A DNA stretch of 64,000 nucleotides from an uncultured Bacteroidales bacterium. Lineage in GTDB: Bacteria; Bacteroidota; Bacteroidia; Bacteroidales; VadinHA17. The stretch spans positions 6,074 through 70,073 of the forward strand of contig CAWKIC010000056.1 of NCBI GenBank assembly GCA_963849615.1. Direction: 5' to 3'. The notes below the pieces were generated by a model, which worked only from the letters and a program-made list of their open reading frames with translations, was not told the DNA's origin and did not search any database. The position numbers were made by a program, and so were the translations under genes. Within the stretch, counting starts at the first letter, position 1. Each line of letters begins with the position of its first letter. Below, in pieces: positions 22,101 through 33,044 of this stretch.

Positions 22101-22154
22101 ACAAACCTAAAAAGGAAACCAGTAACCAGATTTAATTATTTTAAGCTTATAACC

Positions 22155-24260
22155 ATGAAAAAAATCCTCTCAATTTTTTTAACATCGCTGCTTGTTTTTT
22201 CATCCTGCAACAAGACCAAAAATAGTATGGAAAATCCATTCTTCAGTGAGTATAACACTCCATTCCAGGTGCCGCCTTTTGATCTTATCGATACCAGCCA
22301 CTATCTTCCTGCAATTGCAAAAGGCATCGCCGGGCAGCAGGCTGAAATTGATGCGATTTTAAATAACAGCGAACCACCCTCATTTGCAAATACGATCCTG
22401 GCGTATGATAAATCCGGGAGACTGTTGAGAAAGGTGAGCTCGGTTTTTGGAAGCCTCAATTCGGCTAATACGAATCCCGTGATGCAGGGTCTGAACAGAA
22501 AGATCTCCCCGATGACCACAAGGCACAGAGACAATATCTCATTGAATGATAAGCTTTTTCTGAGGGTCAAATCAGTTTATGATACCCGTTTTACAAGCAA
22601 CCTCGATACCGACCAGATAAGAGTTGTTGAGAAATACTACACCGATTTTGTCCGTAATGGCGCTAACCTTAATGAAACAGATAAGGAGAAGCTCCGCAGG
22701 ATCAATGAGGAGCTGTCGGTAAACCAGATAAAATTTAATGAAAATCATCTTGCCGAGACCAACACAAACTTCAGGCTTGTTGTAGAAAAACTGGAAGATA
22801 TGGATGGCCTTTCCAATGAGGTAATAGCTGCTGCTGCTGAGACGGCAAAGGCTGCCGGGATGGAAGGAAAATGGATCTTCACGCTGCAGAAGCCGAGCCT
22901 TCTTCCTTTTCTTACCTATGCCAAAAACAGGGATCTTCGTGAAAAATTATATCGTGGTTATTTTATGAGGGGAGATAATAATAATGATTTTGATAATAAA
23001 GAAACCATTCTTAAGATAGTGAATCTCAGGGCTGAAAAGGCAAACCTGCTGGGTTATAAAACATATGCCGATTATATCATCGAGAACAATATGGCCAAAA
23101 CTCCGGAAGCTGTTTCGGAATTCCTTAATGAGCTGATGGTGCCAGCCCTGGCAATTGCCGATAAGGATCGCGATGAAATGCAGAAGATAATTGACAGGGA
23201 GGGAGGTAATTTTAAACTTGCCTCATGGGACTGGTGGTATTATTCGGAGAAACTTAAAAAGGAAAAATATGACCTTGATGAGGCGGAGATGAAGCCATAT
23301 TTTTCGCTTACCAATGTAAGGGATGGTATGTTCTACGTGGCAAATAAGCTTTACGGAATCAGGTTCACAAGAATTCCTGACGCTCCTGTTTATCATCCGG
23401 AGGTTGAAGTCTTTGAGGTAAATGAGGCCAATGGATCCCATGTAGGTGTGCTTTACCTCGACTACCACCCCCGTCCTGGTAAAAATGCCGGAGCATGGTG
23501 CGGAAGATTCCGTAGCCAGTCGTATGAGGACGGAAAAAAGATCTACCCGGTTGTAACAATTGTTACAAATTTTACAAGACCATCAGGCGATACACCCGCG
23601 CTTCTCTCATGGGATGAAACCCAGACTCTTTTCCATGAATTCGGACACTCCCTGGCAGGACTCTTTACAGACGGGAAGTATGACAGGACCGCCGGCAACC
23701 TGCCGCGCGATATGGTTGAATTGCCATCACAGATCATGGAAAACTGGGCAGGTGAACCGGATGTTCTTAAAGTATATGCAAAACATTACAAGACCGGGGA
23801 AGTTATTCCCGACGATTTGATACAGAGGATGGAGAAAGCATCTGTTTTTAACCAGGGTTTTATTACTGTTGAATATATTGCAGCCTCCGTACTTGATATC
23901 GACTGGCATAGTATTAATGAAGCAAAACAGGTCGATGTAAATGAATTCGAAAAGGAATCGATGAACAGGATAAATCTTATGGATGAGATAATTCCACGGT
24001 ACCGTACAACATATTTCAGTCATATCAACGGGGGCTATGCCGCCGGATACTATGTTTACCTGTGGGCTGCAGTGCTTGATTCCGATGCATTCCAGGCCTT
24101 TGTGGATTCGGGCGATATCTATAATCCGGAGATCGCCACCCGGTTCAGAAAGTATATCCTGACCGAAGGAGGTAAGGACGAAGGTATGGTTCAATACCTC
24201 AAATTCAGGGGCAAAGATCCTTCAAAAGAACCTTTGCTCAAAAAGAGGGGGCTACTTTAG
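22155..24260 (+). CDS. dcp: M3 family peptidyl-dipeptidase (Dcp-like)
   Basis: 701 aa with a lipoprotein-type signal (FSSCNK) and the zinc site TLFHEFGHSL. Family-wide similarity to Dcp / oligopeptidase A is recognisable. Confidence 0.87.
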   Translation: MKKILSIFLTSLLVFSSCNKTKNSMENPFFSEYNTPFQVPPFDLIDTSHYLPAIAKGIAGQQAEIDAILNNSEPPSFANTILAYDKSGRLLRKVSSVFGSLNSANTNPVMQGLNRKISPMTTRHRDNISLNDKLFLRVKSVYDTRFTSNLDTDQIRVVEKYYTDFVRNGANLNETDKEKLRRINEELSVNQIKFNENHLAETNTNFRLVVEKLEDMDGLSNEVIAAAAETAKAAGMEGKWIFTLQKPSLLPFLTYAKNRDLREKLYRGYFMRGDNNNDFDNKETILKIVNLRAEKANLLGYKTYADYIIENNMAKTPEAVSEFLNELMVPALAIADKDRDEMQKIIDREGGNFKLASWDWWYYSEKLKKEKYDLDEAEMKPYFSLTNVRDGMFYVANKLYGIRFTRIPDAPVYHPEVEVFEVNEANGSHVGVLYLDYHPRPGKNAGAWCGRFRSQSYEDGKKIYPVVTIVTNFTRPSGDTPALLSWDETQTLFHEFGHSLAGLFTDGKYDRTAGNLPRDMVELPSQIMENWAGEPDVLKVYAKHYKTGEVIPDDLIQRMEKASVFNQGFITVEYIAASVLDIDWHSINEAKQVDVNEFEKESMNRINLMDEIIPRYRTTYFSHINGGYAAGYYVYLWAAVLDSDAFQAFVDSGDIYNPEIATRFRKYILTEGGKDEGMVQYLKFRGKDPSKEPLLKKRGLL

Positions 24261-26840
24261 TTCCTTTTCTGCATGTGAAATATTCCAGCCTGCAAGAACA
24301 AGAACTGGTGTTTCACCTTTCAGATCGTCAGGATTGAATTCCACTGCGACTTTCTTCTTTTCCTTTGGAAGAAGTGAAAAGTAGTTATCTTCCCAGTAGA
24401 CCGGAAGGATCATATCCCTCGATTTCTGTCCCAGGATTTTCGGATTAACCGAAAAGGCGAGAGAGGTTGAAGGATTTTCGATTTCGACTACAGCGCGGTA
24501 TTTTCCTTTCTCCTTAACCAGGGATGAAACAGAAAATTTAAGATCAACTTTTTGCAGGTCGTTAAGGGTCTTAAAATCAGCTTTCTCGTCACCTTTTGAT
24601 GATAACCAGTAAAAATTGGAAGAGATCTCTTTATTTGCTGCATCCGTTAATCTGAGCTTCAGGAAGCAGACATCACCGGTTAAAGCGGGAAGAGCAGGGA
24701 AGGGAACTTTCAAACTTTCATCCGGCTTAATGTCGACAACGGCATCTTTTGACCATATTTCTTCCATCTTCATGCTATACAATTTAACGGAGGCTTTCAG
24801 TCCTTTAAAGTCTTTATAATAGCTGTTTACGGCACGGATCGAGTTGTCGTCATAAGAATACTGAATATGAACCGGTTCGCAGGCTTTTTTAGTTCCGTAG
24901 AAGGAACCGTTAGGGGCAAAGAAGTAATCATAAAGCTGCCAGTACATGGATGGCCATGCTGAATTATACATCCAGTAAATTATACCGCTGGAGCGGTATT
25001 TATTTCCGGCAAAGGCTTCGAACATCGCCCGGGTGGCTTCATACTGGAGGACCTGCGATTTCATACTGTACTCTTCGAGGCCGGCAGGCTTTCCATACCT
25101 CGATTCGAGGGCTTCGCGCATCGGAGGATAAAATGCTTTATGCAGCCGGATATTCCAGGAGTTGCTCATTGGCCAAAGATCTTGTTCAGGCATCATCTTG
25201 CGCATTGTCTCAACTGGCGGGATCTGCTCCCCTGAAGGCGCTGCTTCAGTGTTAAATTCAAGTTTCCCATACCAGTAAACAGGCGGAGCGTAGGCATATA
25301 CTTTTGGATAGGGGCCCATGTAAAGCCCTGTATTTCCGTCAATGGAGCTTGAATCGGCGGTTGCGGATGACTGGTAGGGTCGTGTGCCGTCAAATTCGTC
25401 AAGTACGCTTATGTATCGTTTCTCAACGTCAGCAGGGGGGAAATTATCACTGCCGTAGAGCCAGTTGAAAACGGAAGGGTGGTTCCTGAGGTGGACTATC
25501 TGATCCCTCCAGCTCAGTTCCGCAATATCAGCAATATGAGGGGTCCATGTTTTCCATTGCTCCCATGAGCTGCAGCAGCACCAGCCGACAATCAGCATTA
25601 TACCCTCTTCGTCGCATCTGTCAAAAAGATAATCAGAACCGCGCGGAGCCTCCATCCTGAGCGCATTCAGGCCCATGTGTTTCGCGTACATCAGATCAGT
25701 ATCGACCCTCTTGTCAGATGGTCGAAGCATCATATCCTCGACATAGCCTCCACCCCTGACAACAATATTTTTACCGTTGACCTGGAATACCCTTGTATGT
25801 TTCCCATCAAAATTATTCATCCAGGAGGTGATTTCGCGTATCCCGAACCTGGTCCTGTTGATATCGGATGCTTTTCCCTTTATTTCAAACGTAAGGGTGA
25901 GATCGTAAAGGTTCTGAGGGCCTACCGTATGTGGCCACCATAATTTTGGATCATTGATCACAAGCTGTTTAAATTTATCCGGGTCGAAGCTTACAGTCTT
26001 TTTTTCGTCCGGGTTGAGGGTTACTTCCTGGGTAAAGCTGAGGTTATCAATCCTTCCTTTCAGGGTTCCTGTAATTTTGTTAGTTGTCGGATTGAAAAGT
26101 TCAGTCGAGATGTTCAGCCTTGCAACGTTTGTCGATGGCAGGTTAAGCTTTGTAACAACTTTGGTGTTTTCAATTGCCACAGGTCCTGTTGAATGTATGG
26201 AAACATCGTACCAGATCCCCATGCCCTTATCGGGTGGAGTAGGATTCCAATCAACCCAGGTAATCGTGAGGTCCTTGCCTTTCGGGGGAAATATTTCGAG
26301 TGCAAGACAATTCTTGCCGCCGGCCACAGCAAATTCGGTAATATTAAGATTATATAAACGGTAAGCTCCCTGCACTGACACTGTATCGGCAATAAGGTGT
26401 CCATTTAACCATATATTGGCTTTATAATTGATACTGTGAAATTTAAGCCATGAATTCATACCTTTGTAGTCCGATGGCAATGAAAACACCGTACGGTACC
26501 ACCAGGCAACCTTAAATGGAGAATTTTCAGGAACTTCCCCTCTACGGCTTGCAGTATAACCCGGGATCGACTCGATGTTGGTCCCGAAGTAGGGATCGGG
26601 GTACACTTTGTTTTCGACAAGGGTTCCGAGCACCGTCGAAGGAACCGTGGCAGGATACCATTTCGCAGGGTCAAAGGTTGAAGACGAGATTGTTTTTCCG
26701 TCAGCTTTTATCTCTTTTGAAGATTGGATGGCCCAGTTATCCCTTAACAAAATTTTTTCATTTTTGACTGTCTGGCACATCGCAGACATTGAAAAAATTC
26801 CGGAAGCCAGAAAAATGCCGCACAAGCTTTTTGTCTTCAT
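24252..26840 (-). CDS. glycoside hydrolase family 2 (exo-beta-glucosaminidase / beta-mannosidase-like)
   Basis: 862 aa with a signal peptide. It shows ...LWWPHTVGPQNLYDL..., NALRMEAP and WLYGSDN, a GH2 TIM barrel with flanking beta-sandwiches. Confidence 0.78.
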   Translation of the reverse strand: MKTKSLCGIFLASGIFSMSAMCQTVKNEKILLRDNWAIQSSKEIKADGKTISSSTFDPAKWYPATVPSTVLGTLVENKVYPDPYFGTNIESIPGYTASRRGEVPENSPFKVAWWYRTVFSLPSDYKGMNSWLKFHSINYKANIWLNGHLIADTVSVQGAYRLYNLNITEFAVAGGKNCLALEIFPPKGKDLTITWVDWNPTPPDKGMGIWYDVSIHSTGPVAIENTKVVTKLNLPSTNVARLNISTELFNPTTNKITGTLKGRIDNLSFTQEVTLNPDEKKTVSFDPDKFKQLVINDPKLWWPHTVGPQNLYDLTLTFEIKGKASDINRTRFGIREITSWMNNFDGKHTRVFQVNGKNIVVRGGGYVEDMMLRPSDKRVDTDLMYAKHMGLNALRMEAPRGSDYLFDRCDEEGIMLIVGWCCCSSWEQWKTWTPHIADIAELSWRDQIVHLRNHPSVFNWLYGSDNFPPADVEKRYISVLDEFDGTRPYQSSATADSSSIDGNTGLYMGPYPKVYAYAPPVYWYGKLEFNTEAAPSGEQIPPVETMRKMMPEQDLWPMSNSWNIRLHKAFYPPMREALESRYGKPAGLEEYSMKSQVLQYEATRAMFEAFAGNKYRSSGIIYWMYNSAWPSMYWQLYDYFFAPNGSFYGTKKACEPVHIQYSYDDNSIRAVNSYYKDFKGLKASVKLYSMKMEEIWSKDAVVDIKPDESLKVPFPALPALTGDVCFLKLRLTDAANKEISSNFYWLSSKGDEKADFKTLNDLQKVDLKFSVSSLVKEKGKYRAVVEIENPSTSLAFSVNPKILGQKSRDMILPVYWEDNYFSLLPKEKKKVAVEFNPDDLKGETPVLVLAGWNISHAEKELK

Positions 26841-26920
26841 TTTATTTACAGATTTGTTTAAAGTTGTTGAGTAAGTATTATAAAGGTCAGTTTCTCAGTT
26901 TGATACTAAATTAGTATCTA

Positions 26921-27087
26921 ATTAACCTAAGTTGCTAGTTACTTGTTGCTTGTTGCTAGTTATTTGATAATTAGCATCATGATTAATGCAAAAATATTAA
27001 ATACATTTTAACAAAATCGCTTATTGTTCTGTTAATCAACAACTAACCAGTAACAAGGAACCAGCAACTAGCAACTTGAGTTAATTA
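26921..27087. repeat. hairpin repeat, CAGCAAC/CAGTAAC-word subfamily
   Basis: The left arm ATTAACCTAAGTTGCTAGTTACTTGTTGCTTGTTGCTAGTTA pairs with the right arm CAACAACTAACCAGTAACAAGGAACCAGCAACTAGCAACTTGAGTTAAT across a loop of about 60 nt. Confidence 0.75.
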
Positions 27088-27333
27088 TTAAAATTACAAA
27101 AAAACAAATCCATCAGGTTGTTTATTGATTAATTTTATTGTCTGATACAAAAATATGAAAAAACTCCCTTTGACATGGGTTTGTCGCAGTCGGTAAATAC
27201 AGCATGCATAAAAGCCTTTGACAATAAAGGGATCACGTCAGGAAGCATCATGGTTCCCTGTCCGTGGGCTTTTTAGGAGGGATCTGATGAACGCCCGATA
27301 AAGACCAAAAACAATTTGACAACATAAGAAGCT

Positions 27334-30300
27334 ATGAAACCAATTAAAACAATTTTGATGATTGTGCTGCTATCAGCATTTGCACCATCTGTCAGCGCGC
27401 AGCAGAAAGGCTATTACAGGTACCCCGCAATCCATGGAAATGATATTGTATTCACTGCCGAGGGCGATTTGTGGAAGTTCAGCCTTACATCCGGTGAATC
27501 AATACGCCTGACTACCAACCACGGTGTTGAGTCGCAGGCAAGCATCTCCCCTGACGGGATGTGGATTGCCTTCACAGGCCAGTACGAAGGACCGTCGGAG
27601 GTATATGTAATGCCGGTTGGCGGCGGTACACCCAAACGTCTCACATACGATGAAGGAAACCCGGCAGTGTATCAATGGACATCTGATGGCAGGATTTTAT
27701 ATTCCACCAGCACCTACTCAACGTTGCCCAATCCCCAGCTCGTCAAGATTAATCCGTTGGACCTGACCATGGAAGTTGTCCCTCTTTCGCAGGCTGACCA
27801 GGGAACCTATTCGCCCGATGGTGTGCTCTTCTTCACCCGTCTAAGGGACCAGGGAAGCCATACCAAGCGTTACAGGGGAGGAACAGCACAATCGATCTGG
27901 AAATTCGACGGTACAAATGAGGCTCAGAGCCTCACAGCCGATTATCCCGGTACTAGCAAAAACCCGATTTACTTCAATAACAGGATATATTTCCTTACCG
28001 ACCGCGATGGTACAATGAATTTATGGTCAATGAACACAAGCGGTACAGACCTTAAACAACATACAAGGGCGGTAAGGTTTGATCTTGAAGAGGCTGACTG
28101 TTACGAAGGCAAGGTTGTCTGTCAGCAGGGTGCCGACATTCTTATGTATGATATTCTTTCTGACAAGACAACCAAACCGGATATTAAACTTATTTCGGAT
28201 TTTGACCAGAGGCGTGTTCAATGGATAAATGACCCCAGGTCTAAGATAACCTCGGTGGATCTGTCGTATAAAGGCGACCAGGTTGTCATTACATCGAGAG
28301 GTCGGATATTTTCCGTCCCGGTTGAAGGTGAAAGATGGTCGGAAGTGACGCGTAAATACGGCATAAGGTACAAAAATGCGGCATACGTTAATCCGGAAAA
28401 CGAGATCATGATGCTCTCAGATGAATCGGGTGAGTTTGAGATCTGGAAAACAGATAATTATGGCTTCAACAGTCCGGGTGCTGTCACCAGTGGATCAAAG
28501 AACCTGATAGAGAGCTTTCTTGCTTCGCCCGATGGCAATTATGTAGTTTATAATGAGAAGGATAACAGGCTGATGCTATATTCAAAAGCAAAAGGTGGAT
28601 CCAGCCTCATAGCCCAGAACGATTTTGGCTTTCGTGGACCTTTTGCCTGGTCGCCCGATAGCCGGTGGCTGGCTTATAACGACTTTGCTGACACTCAGAG
28701 CGGATATATTAAGATTTATGAAGTGCAATCGGGCAAATCATACCAGGTTACGACAGAACGGCAGGAGAACTACAGGCCCAGGTTCAGCACGGATGGGAAA
28801 TGGCTCTATTTCATTTCTGACCGGACTTTCAGCAACTCGGTCAGAAGTCCCTGGGGAAGCAGGCAGCCTGAGCCATATTATGAGAAAACAGCCAGGATCT
28901 ATGCTGTTGCCCTAAATACGACATCAGTTTTTCCATTCCGTGAAGTCGATGAACTCACTCCTGAGAAACCGGATACCACAAAGCCTGCTACTGTTAAATC
29001 TGATAAAAAGAAAACAGAAAAGCCTAAAACTGAAGCAGTGGTTAATAATGTAGATATCACGGGCATTATAAACAGGCTTTATATCGTTCCCGTAAAAGCT
29101 GCTAACATTGGCAGCTTTGAGCTTAACAATGAGTGGATCTACTGGTCAGAGTATATTCAGACCGACAACTCAGTCAATCTGAATGCTTTGAAGATTACAA
29201 ACAAGAAAGAAAATGAAGTTGTTAATATTGCAACATCTATAAATGACTATACTCTTTCGGGTGACGGGAAAAAACTTCTTATCAGGGATAAAAACGGCAT
29301 CGTTGTTATCAATGCCGATGGTAAAAAGCCTGAACCGAAAAAGAACATTGTAGATCTTACAAAATGGGCTTTTACCATTGATCCTGTGGAGGACTGGAAA
29401 CAGATGTTCAAGGATGCATGGAGGATGGAGCGCGACTATTTCTATGACAGGAATATGCACGGAGTTGACTGGCAAACTGTTTACGATCAGTATCGTCCTC
29501 TGGTCGACAGGGTTACCGACAGGTATGAGCTTGATGACCTTCTTGCACAGATGATATCTGAACTCTCGGCGCTTCATATGTTTGTATATGGAGGTGACAA
29601 GCGCACTGCAGCTGATAATGTCTCAAACGGTTATCTTGGAGCCATTCTGACCCGTAACGCCAGCAGGGGAGGGTATGTGATTGAACACATCTACAGGTCC
29701 GATCCGGACTTTCCGGCTGAACTTTCACCACTTGGAATGCCCGGACTGAAGATCCGTGAAGGGGATGTGATAACGGCAGTAAATGGTATAAACACGCTAG
29801 ACTTACCGCATATTAACCAGCTGCTTGTTAACAGGGCTGATATGCAGGTAAGGCTAAAACTTAAAAATGCAGGCGGAAGTTATGAAGAAGTTGTTAAGCC
29901 CCTGAGCGCTTCAGCCTCAAATGGACTGCGTTACAGCGAATGGGAATATACCCGCCGTCTTGAGGTTGAAAACCAATCGTCAGCTAAAATCGGCTACCTT
30001 CATCTAAGGGCAATGGGAGGAAACGACTATGATGATTTTGTTAAAAATTTCTATCCTTCAATTACTAAGGAGGGCCTTATAATAGATGTAAGACATAACC
30101 GGGGAGGAAACATTGACAGCTGGATTCTGGAGAAGCTGATGCGAAAAGCCTGGTTTTACTGGGCTCCCAGAGTAGGTAAACCTACCCCGAACATGCAATA
30201 CTCCTTTACCGGTCATCTTGTCGTCCTTATGGATGAAAATACTGCTTCTGATGGTGAGGCTTTCTCTGAAGGGTTCAGGCGCCTGGGACTTGGCAAGCTT

Positions 30301-30607
30301 ATCGGTGTACGGACCTGGGGAGGCGAGATATGGCTTTCATCAGGAAACAGACTTGTGGATAACGGGATTGCGACAGCAGCAGAAACAGGCGTTTATTCAC
30401 CCGAAGGGGAGTGGCTTATTGAAGGATGGGGCGTGGAACCTGATATCAGGGTTGACAACATGCCTCATGAATCATTCGGAGGGTAAAGATGCCCAGCTTG
30501 AAGCAGCTGTGCAGCATCTCCTGAAGCTCATGAAAGATGAACCTGTGAAAACGCCGGCTGTTCCTCCGTACCCAATTAAGTCATTTGATTATAAAGAAAA
30601 ACAATAA
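27334..30607 (+). pseudogene. tricorn protease homologue (S41 family), +1 frameshift in G run 30481-30483
   Basis: The N-terminus YYRYPAIHGNDIVFTAEGDLW...SPDG repeats and the PDZ + S41 C-terminal core are present. The frame ends ...DNMPHESFGG* at 30484-30486. The +1 frame continues (G)KDAQLEAAVQHLLKLMKDEPVKTPAVPPYPIKSF...* to 30607, which is the expected family C-terminus. Confidence 0.85.
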
Positions 30608-30792
30608 AAAAATCAACCTGACTTAACCTTCTGACATAACGACGTTTCTTCAGCCAATTTGACTGTAAAATTAAAACTAATTCAGATTTTTCCGGATTTT
30701 AGCCGCCCTTCCATTCCAGCGGATCTGAAATTCTATTCATTCTCCGTTTGGCTTAAATATTGTATTTCTTTTTTAAAGAACAGGAGGGTTCT

Positions 30793-31725
30793 ATGGATCC
30801 AATTTCTGAAATTATTGTATCAGCGGTTGACAAAGTAAAGAACGCTGTTGTAAAGATCGACAACTATACGACAGTCAGAGGTACGGAGAGAATTTCCGGG
30901 TCAGGATCAGGATTTGTCTTTTCGAGTGATGGGCTAATTCTCACAAATGCGCATGTAATTGCAAATTCCGGAAGGCTAAACGTTACACTGCTTGATGGAG
31001 AGGAATATACAGGAGATATCACCGGTATTGACACGGATACTGATGTAGCTATAATCAAGATATTTGGCACGGGGTATACTCCGGCCAAACTTGGCAACTC
31101 GGGGGAGTTGAAAATAGGACAATTTGTAATTGCCATCGGGAATCCGTTTGGGTACCAGCATTCGGTATCAGTTGGTGTGCTGAGCGGTGTAGGGCGTACA
31201 ATGCGAACGCCCGACGGGCATCTGATTGATAATATCCTGCAATCGGATGCTGCAATGAACCCCGGAAATTCCGGCGGACCTATGATCGACACCCAGGGTG
31301 AAGTAATCGGCATCAATACTGCTATTATCCCAAGTGCGCAGGGACTTAGCTTTTCAATAGGCATTGATACAGTTAAGGAAATCGCCAGGTACCTTATAAG
31401 GGACGGGAAAGTGATAAAGGCTTATCTCGGGCTGATAGTCCAGGAAGTGGACATTAATCCAAGGATAAAAAATTTTCACAGGCTCAACTCAAAAAAGGGT
31501 CTCCTGATTGCAGGTGTGGAGAATTCGTCGCCTGCCTACAGGGCAAATCTTCATGAAGGGGATATAATAATAGAGTTTGACGGAGGACAGATAGCAGGTT
31601 CAGGCGACCTGACAAAGCACCTGGTTGGCGGGGATTTAATCTTAAGACAAACTCAGATGAAAATATTGCGACAGACCAGGATGATAGACGTTGAAATTGT
31701 CCCGGTTGAACGTCCTGCAGCTTAG
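30793..31725 (+). CDS. trypsin-like serine protease with PDZ domain (S1C, HtrA-like)
   Basis: The catalytic triad contexts are TNAHV, DVAIIK and GNSGGP, with a C-terminal PDZ. I prefer the ATG at 30793, preceded by AGGAGG at 30783-30788, over the tracked TTG at 30760. Confidence 0.85.
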   Translation: MDPISEIIVSAVDKVKNAVVKIDNYTTVRGTERISGSGSGFVFSSDGLILTNAHVIANSGRLNVTLLDGEEYTGDITGIDTDTDVAIIKIFGTGYTPAKLGNSGELKIGQFVIAIGNPFGYQHSVSVGVLSGVGRTMRTPDGHLIDNILQSDAAMNPGNSGGPMIDTQGEVIGINTAIIPSAQGLSFSIGIDTVKEIARYLIRDGKVIKAYLGLIVQEVDINPRIKNFHRLNSKKGLLIAGVENSSPAYRANLHEGDIIIEFDGGQIAGSGDLTKHLVGGDLILRQTQMKILRQTRMIDVEIVPVERPAA

Positions 31726-31744
31726 GTTAAATTGATTTTACACA

Positions 31745-32232
31745 ATAAAAGAAGCCGGCACTGAGTTTTAAGAAAGTAGAAAATTGTGTTTATCAATTCA
31801 TTCGTCAAATATTCGTCAACTCTGAAAGTGCCGGCGATTTCAAAATTAAATAAACAAGCTTACTGTATAGTACTGACTTTTCAAGAGTTATAAACAGTTA
31901 TAAAAAGCTATCAACACCCCCAGGTTTTCTTCCGGAATTAACCAGCATCAGTTTTACAGGTATTTTATTAATAAAGCAGGAAATGGAATGTTCTGATCCA
32001 CAAGCGCGAAAGTGACTGTAATTACGATCCGAAGCTCCGGCAGAGGAGAGACCTACCGTCGGGTTCCTGTAAAAATTTGAACTTTTTTAAATCTGAATTG
32101 TTTTATACTAGTGAGGCCAGCATCCTTTCCCACCTTACGAAATTATATATTTGACGAACTATATAATATTTGACGAATGATTGATAAACTTTCTCTATAA
32201 GACAGTAAAAAGGATGCTGGCTTCTTTATTAA
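31745..32232. repeat. pair of inverted hairpin modules bracketing a ~270-bp segment
   Basis: Module 1 is a 9-bp stem, GCCGGCACT 31754-31762 with AGTGCCGGC 31827-31835. Module 2 is a 13-bp stem, GCCAGCATCCTTT 32116-32128 with AAAGGATGCTGGC 32209-32221. Their loops share, in inverted orientation, GTTTATCAAT(T)CATTCGTCAAATATT (31788-31813 versus 32165-32189). Confidence 0.7.
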
Positions 32233-32417
32233 TTACTGTCTAATCCAGAAATTATTATAATCTGAACTAACGATTTTCTTAACCACCAGCCACCAACTTC
32301 TCACAGTTCGCTGAATAATGCATCAGGGCCATTAAGCCTGTCGCCTCCCGGTAGGCCCCTGATTGTATCAGCATTACCATTATCTTTGTCATTTGGTTAA
32401 AGAGGCAACTATCAGAT

Positions 32418-33044
32418 ATGATAAACTCAGAACAGAGACTCTACAAACAGGCATTCAGATTAAGTCTGTTTACAATTTTTTACAATGTTATTGAAGGCAT
32501 TGTTTCAATGGCCTTAGGTTATGAAGATGAAACACTTACTTTGTTTGGTTTTGGTGCGGACAGCTTCATTGAAGTAATATCAGGCATTGGCATTGCAATG
32601 ATGATAATCCGAATCACACAGAATCCCGATAGTCCTAAAAGCAGATTCGAAATAACAGCTTTAAAAATTACAGGAACGGCATTTTATCTGTTATCAGCAG
32701 GCCTGATTGCAGGAATTGTTTTGAATATCATTAAACATAATAAGCCGGAAACTACGCTTTGGGGTGTGATAATATCCCTGATATCAATTGCTGTTATGGT
32801 GTGGCTCATGAATGCAAAAAAAAGAGTTGGTAAAAAGTTACATTCCGAACCAATAATTGCTGATGCCAATTGCACAAAGATTTGTGTGTATATGTCATTG
32901 GTTCTGCTCGTTTCAAGTCTTATCTTTGAACTCACGGGCTTTGCTTATGCAGATGTTATTGGTGCTGCAGGTCTTACATACTTTTCCATATCAGAGGGCA
33001 GGGAAGCCTTTGAAAAAGCAAAAGGAAAGGAATGTGAATGCTGA
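32418..33044 (+). CDS. cation-efflux (CDF-like) transmembrane-domain protein
   Basis: 208 aa with about 6 TM helices. The N-terminal pattern FYNVIEGIVSMALGY...LFGFGADSFIEVISG resembles the CDF TM domain. It has no C-terminal cytoplasmic domain and ends in KECEC. Confidence 0.5.
   Translation: MINSEQRLYKQAFRLSLFTIFYNVIEGIVSMALGYEDETLTLFGFGADSFIEVISGIGIAMMIIRITQNPDSPKSRFEITALKITGTAFYLLSAGLIAGIVLNIIKHNKPETTLWGVIISLISIAVMVWLMNAKKRVGKKLHSEPIIADANCTKICVYMSLVLLVSSLIFELTGFAYADVIGAAGLTYFSISEGREAFEKAKGKECEC

Noticed and set aside
26901-26919. The near-perfect palindrome TGATACTAAATTAGTATCT upstream of the GH2 gene, as a possible operator.
   Set aside because: It is a single AT-rich copy with no second site, no adjacent regulator gene and no conservation information.
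27160-27320. Three TTTGACA motifs (about 27168, 27218 and 27312) upstream of the tricorn gene, as a possible regulatory array or sigma-70 -35 boxes.
   Set aside because: The hexamer is short, the spacing is irregular (about 50 and 94 nt) and no partnered -10 or -7 elements are recognisable. Chance occurrence in AT-rich spacer DNA is plausible.
19365-30607. GH2, Dcp, GH2 and the tricorn protease as a polysaccharide utilisation locus or co-regulated degradative island.
   Set aside because: The genes are on alternating strands, with repeat-filled spacers. There is no SusC/SusD pair, regulator or transporter among them, so adjacency alone does not support an operon or PUL.
30783-30788. AGGAGG upstream of the S1C protease ATG, as evidence about Shine-Dalgarno usage.
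   Set aside because: A single occurrence cannot support a statement about translation initiation in this organism. It was used only as weak support for choosing the ATG at 30793.
31981-32062. Cobalamin riboswitch.
   Set aside because: Only loose motif order is shared (GGAA, ACUGUAA, a GGAGA..CCUACC B12-box-like string). The conserved CCCGCCACUG core and the expected pairing partners are not visible. The distance to the next gene is about 340 nt, and that gene has no clear B12 link. It is kept only as a generic structured-RNA candidate.
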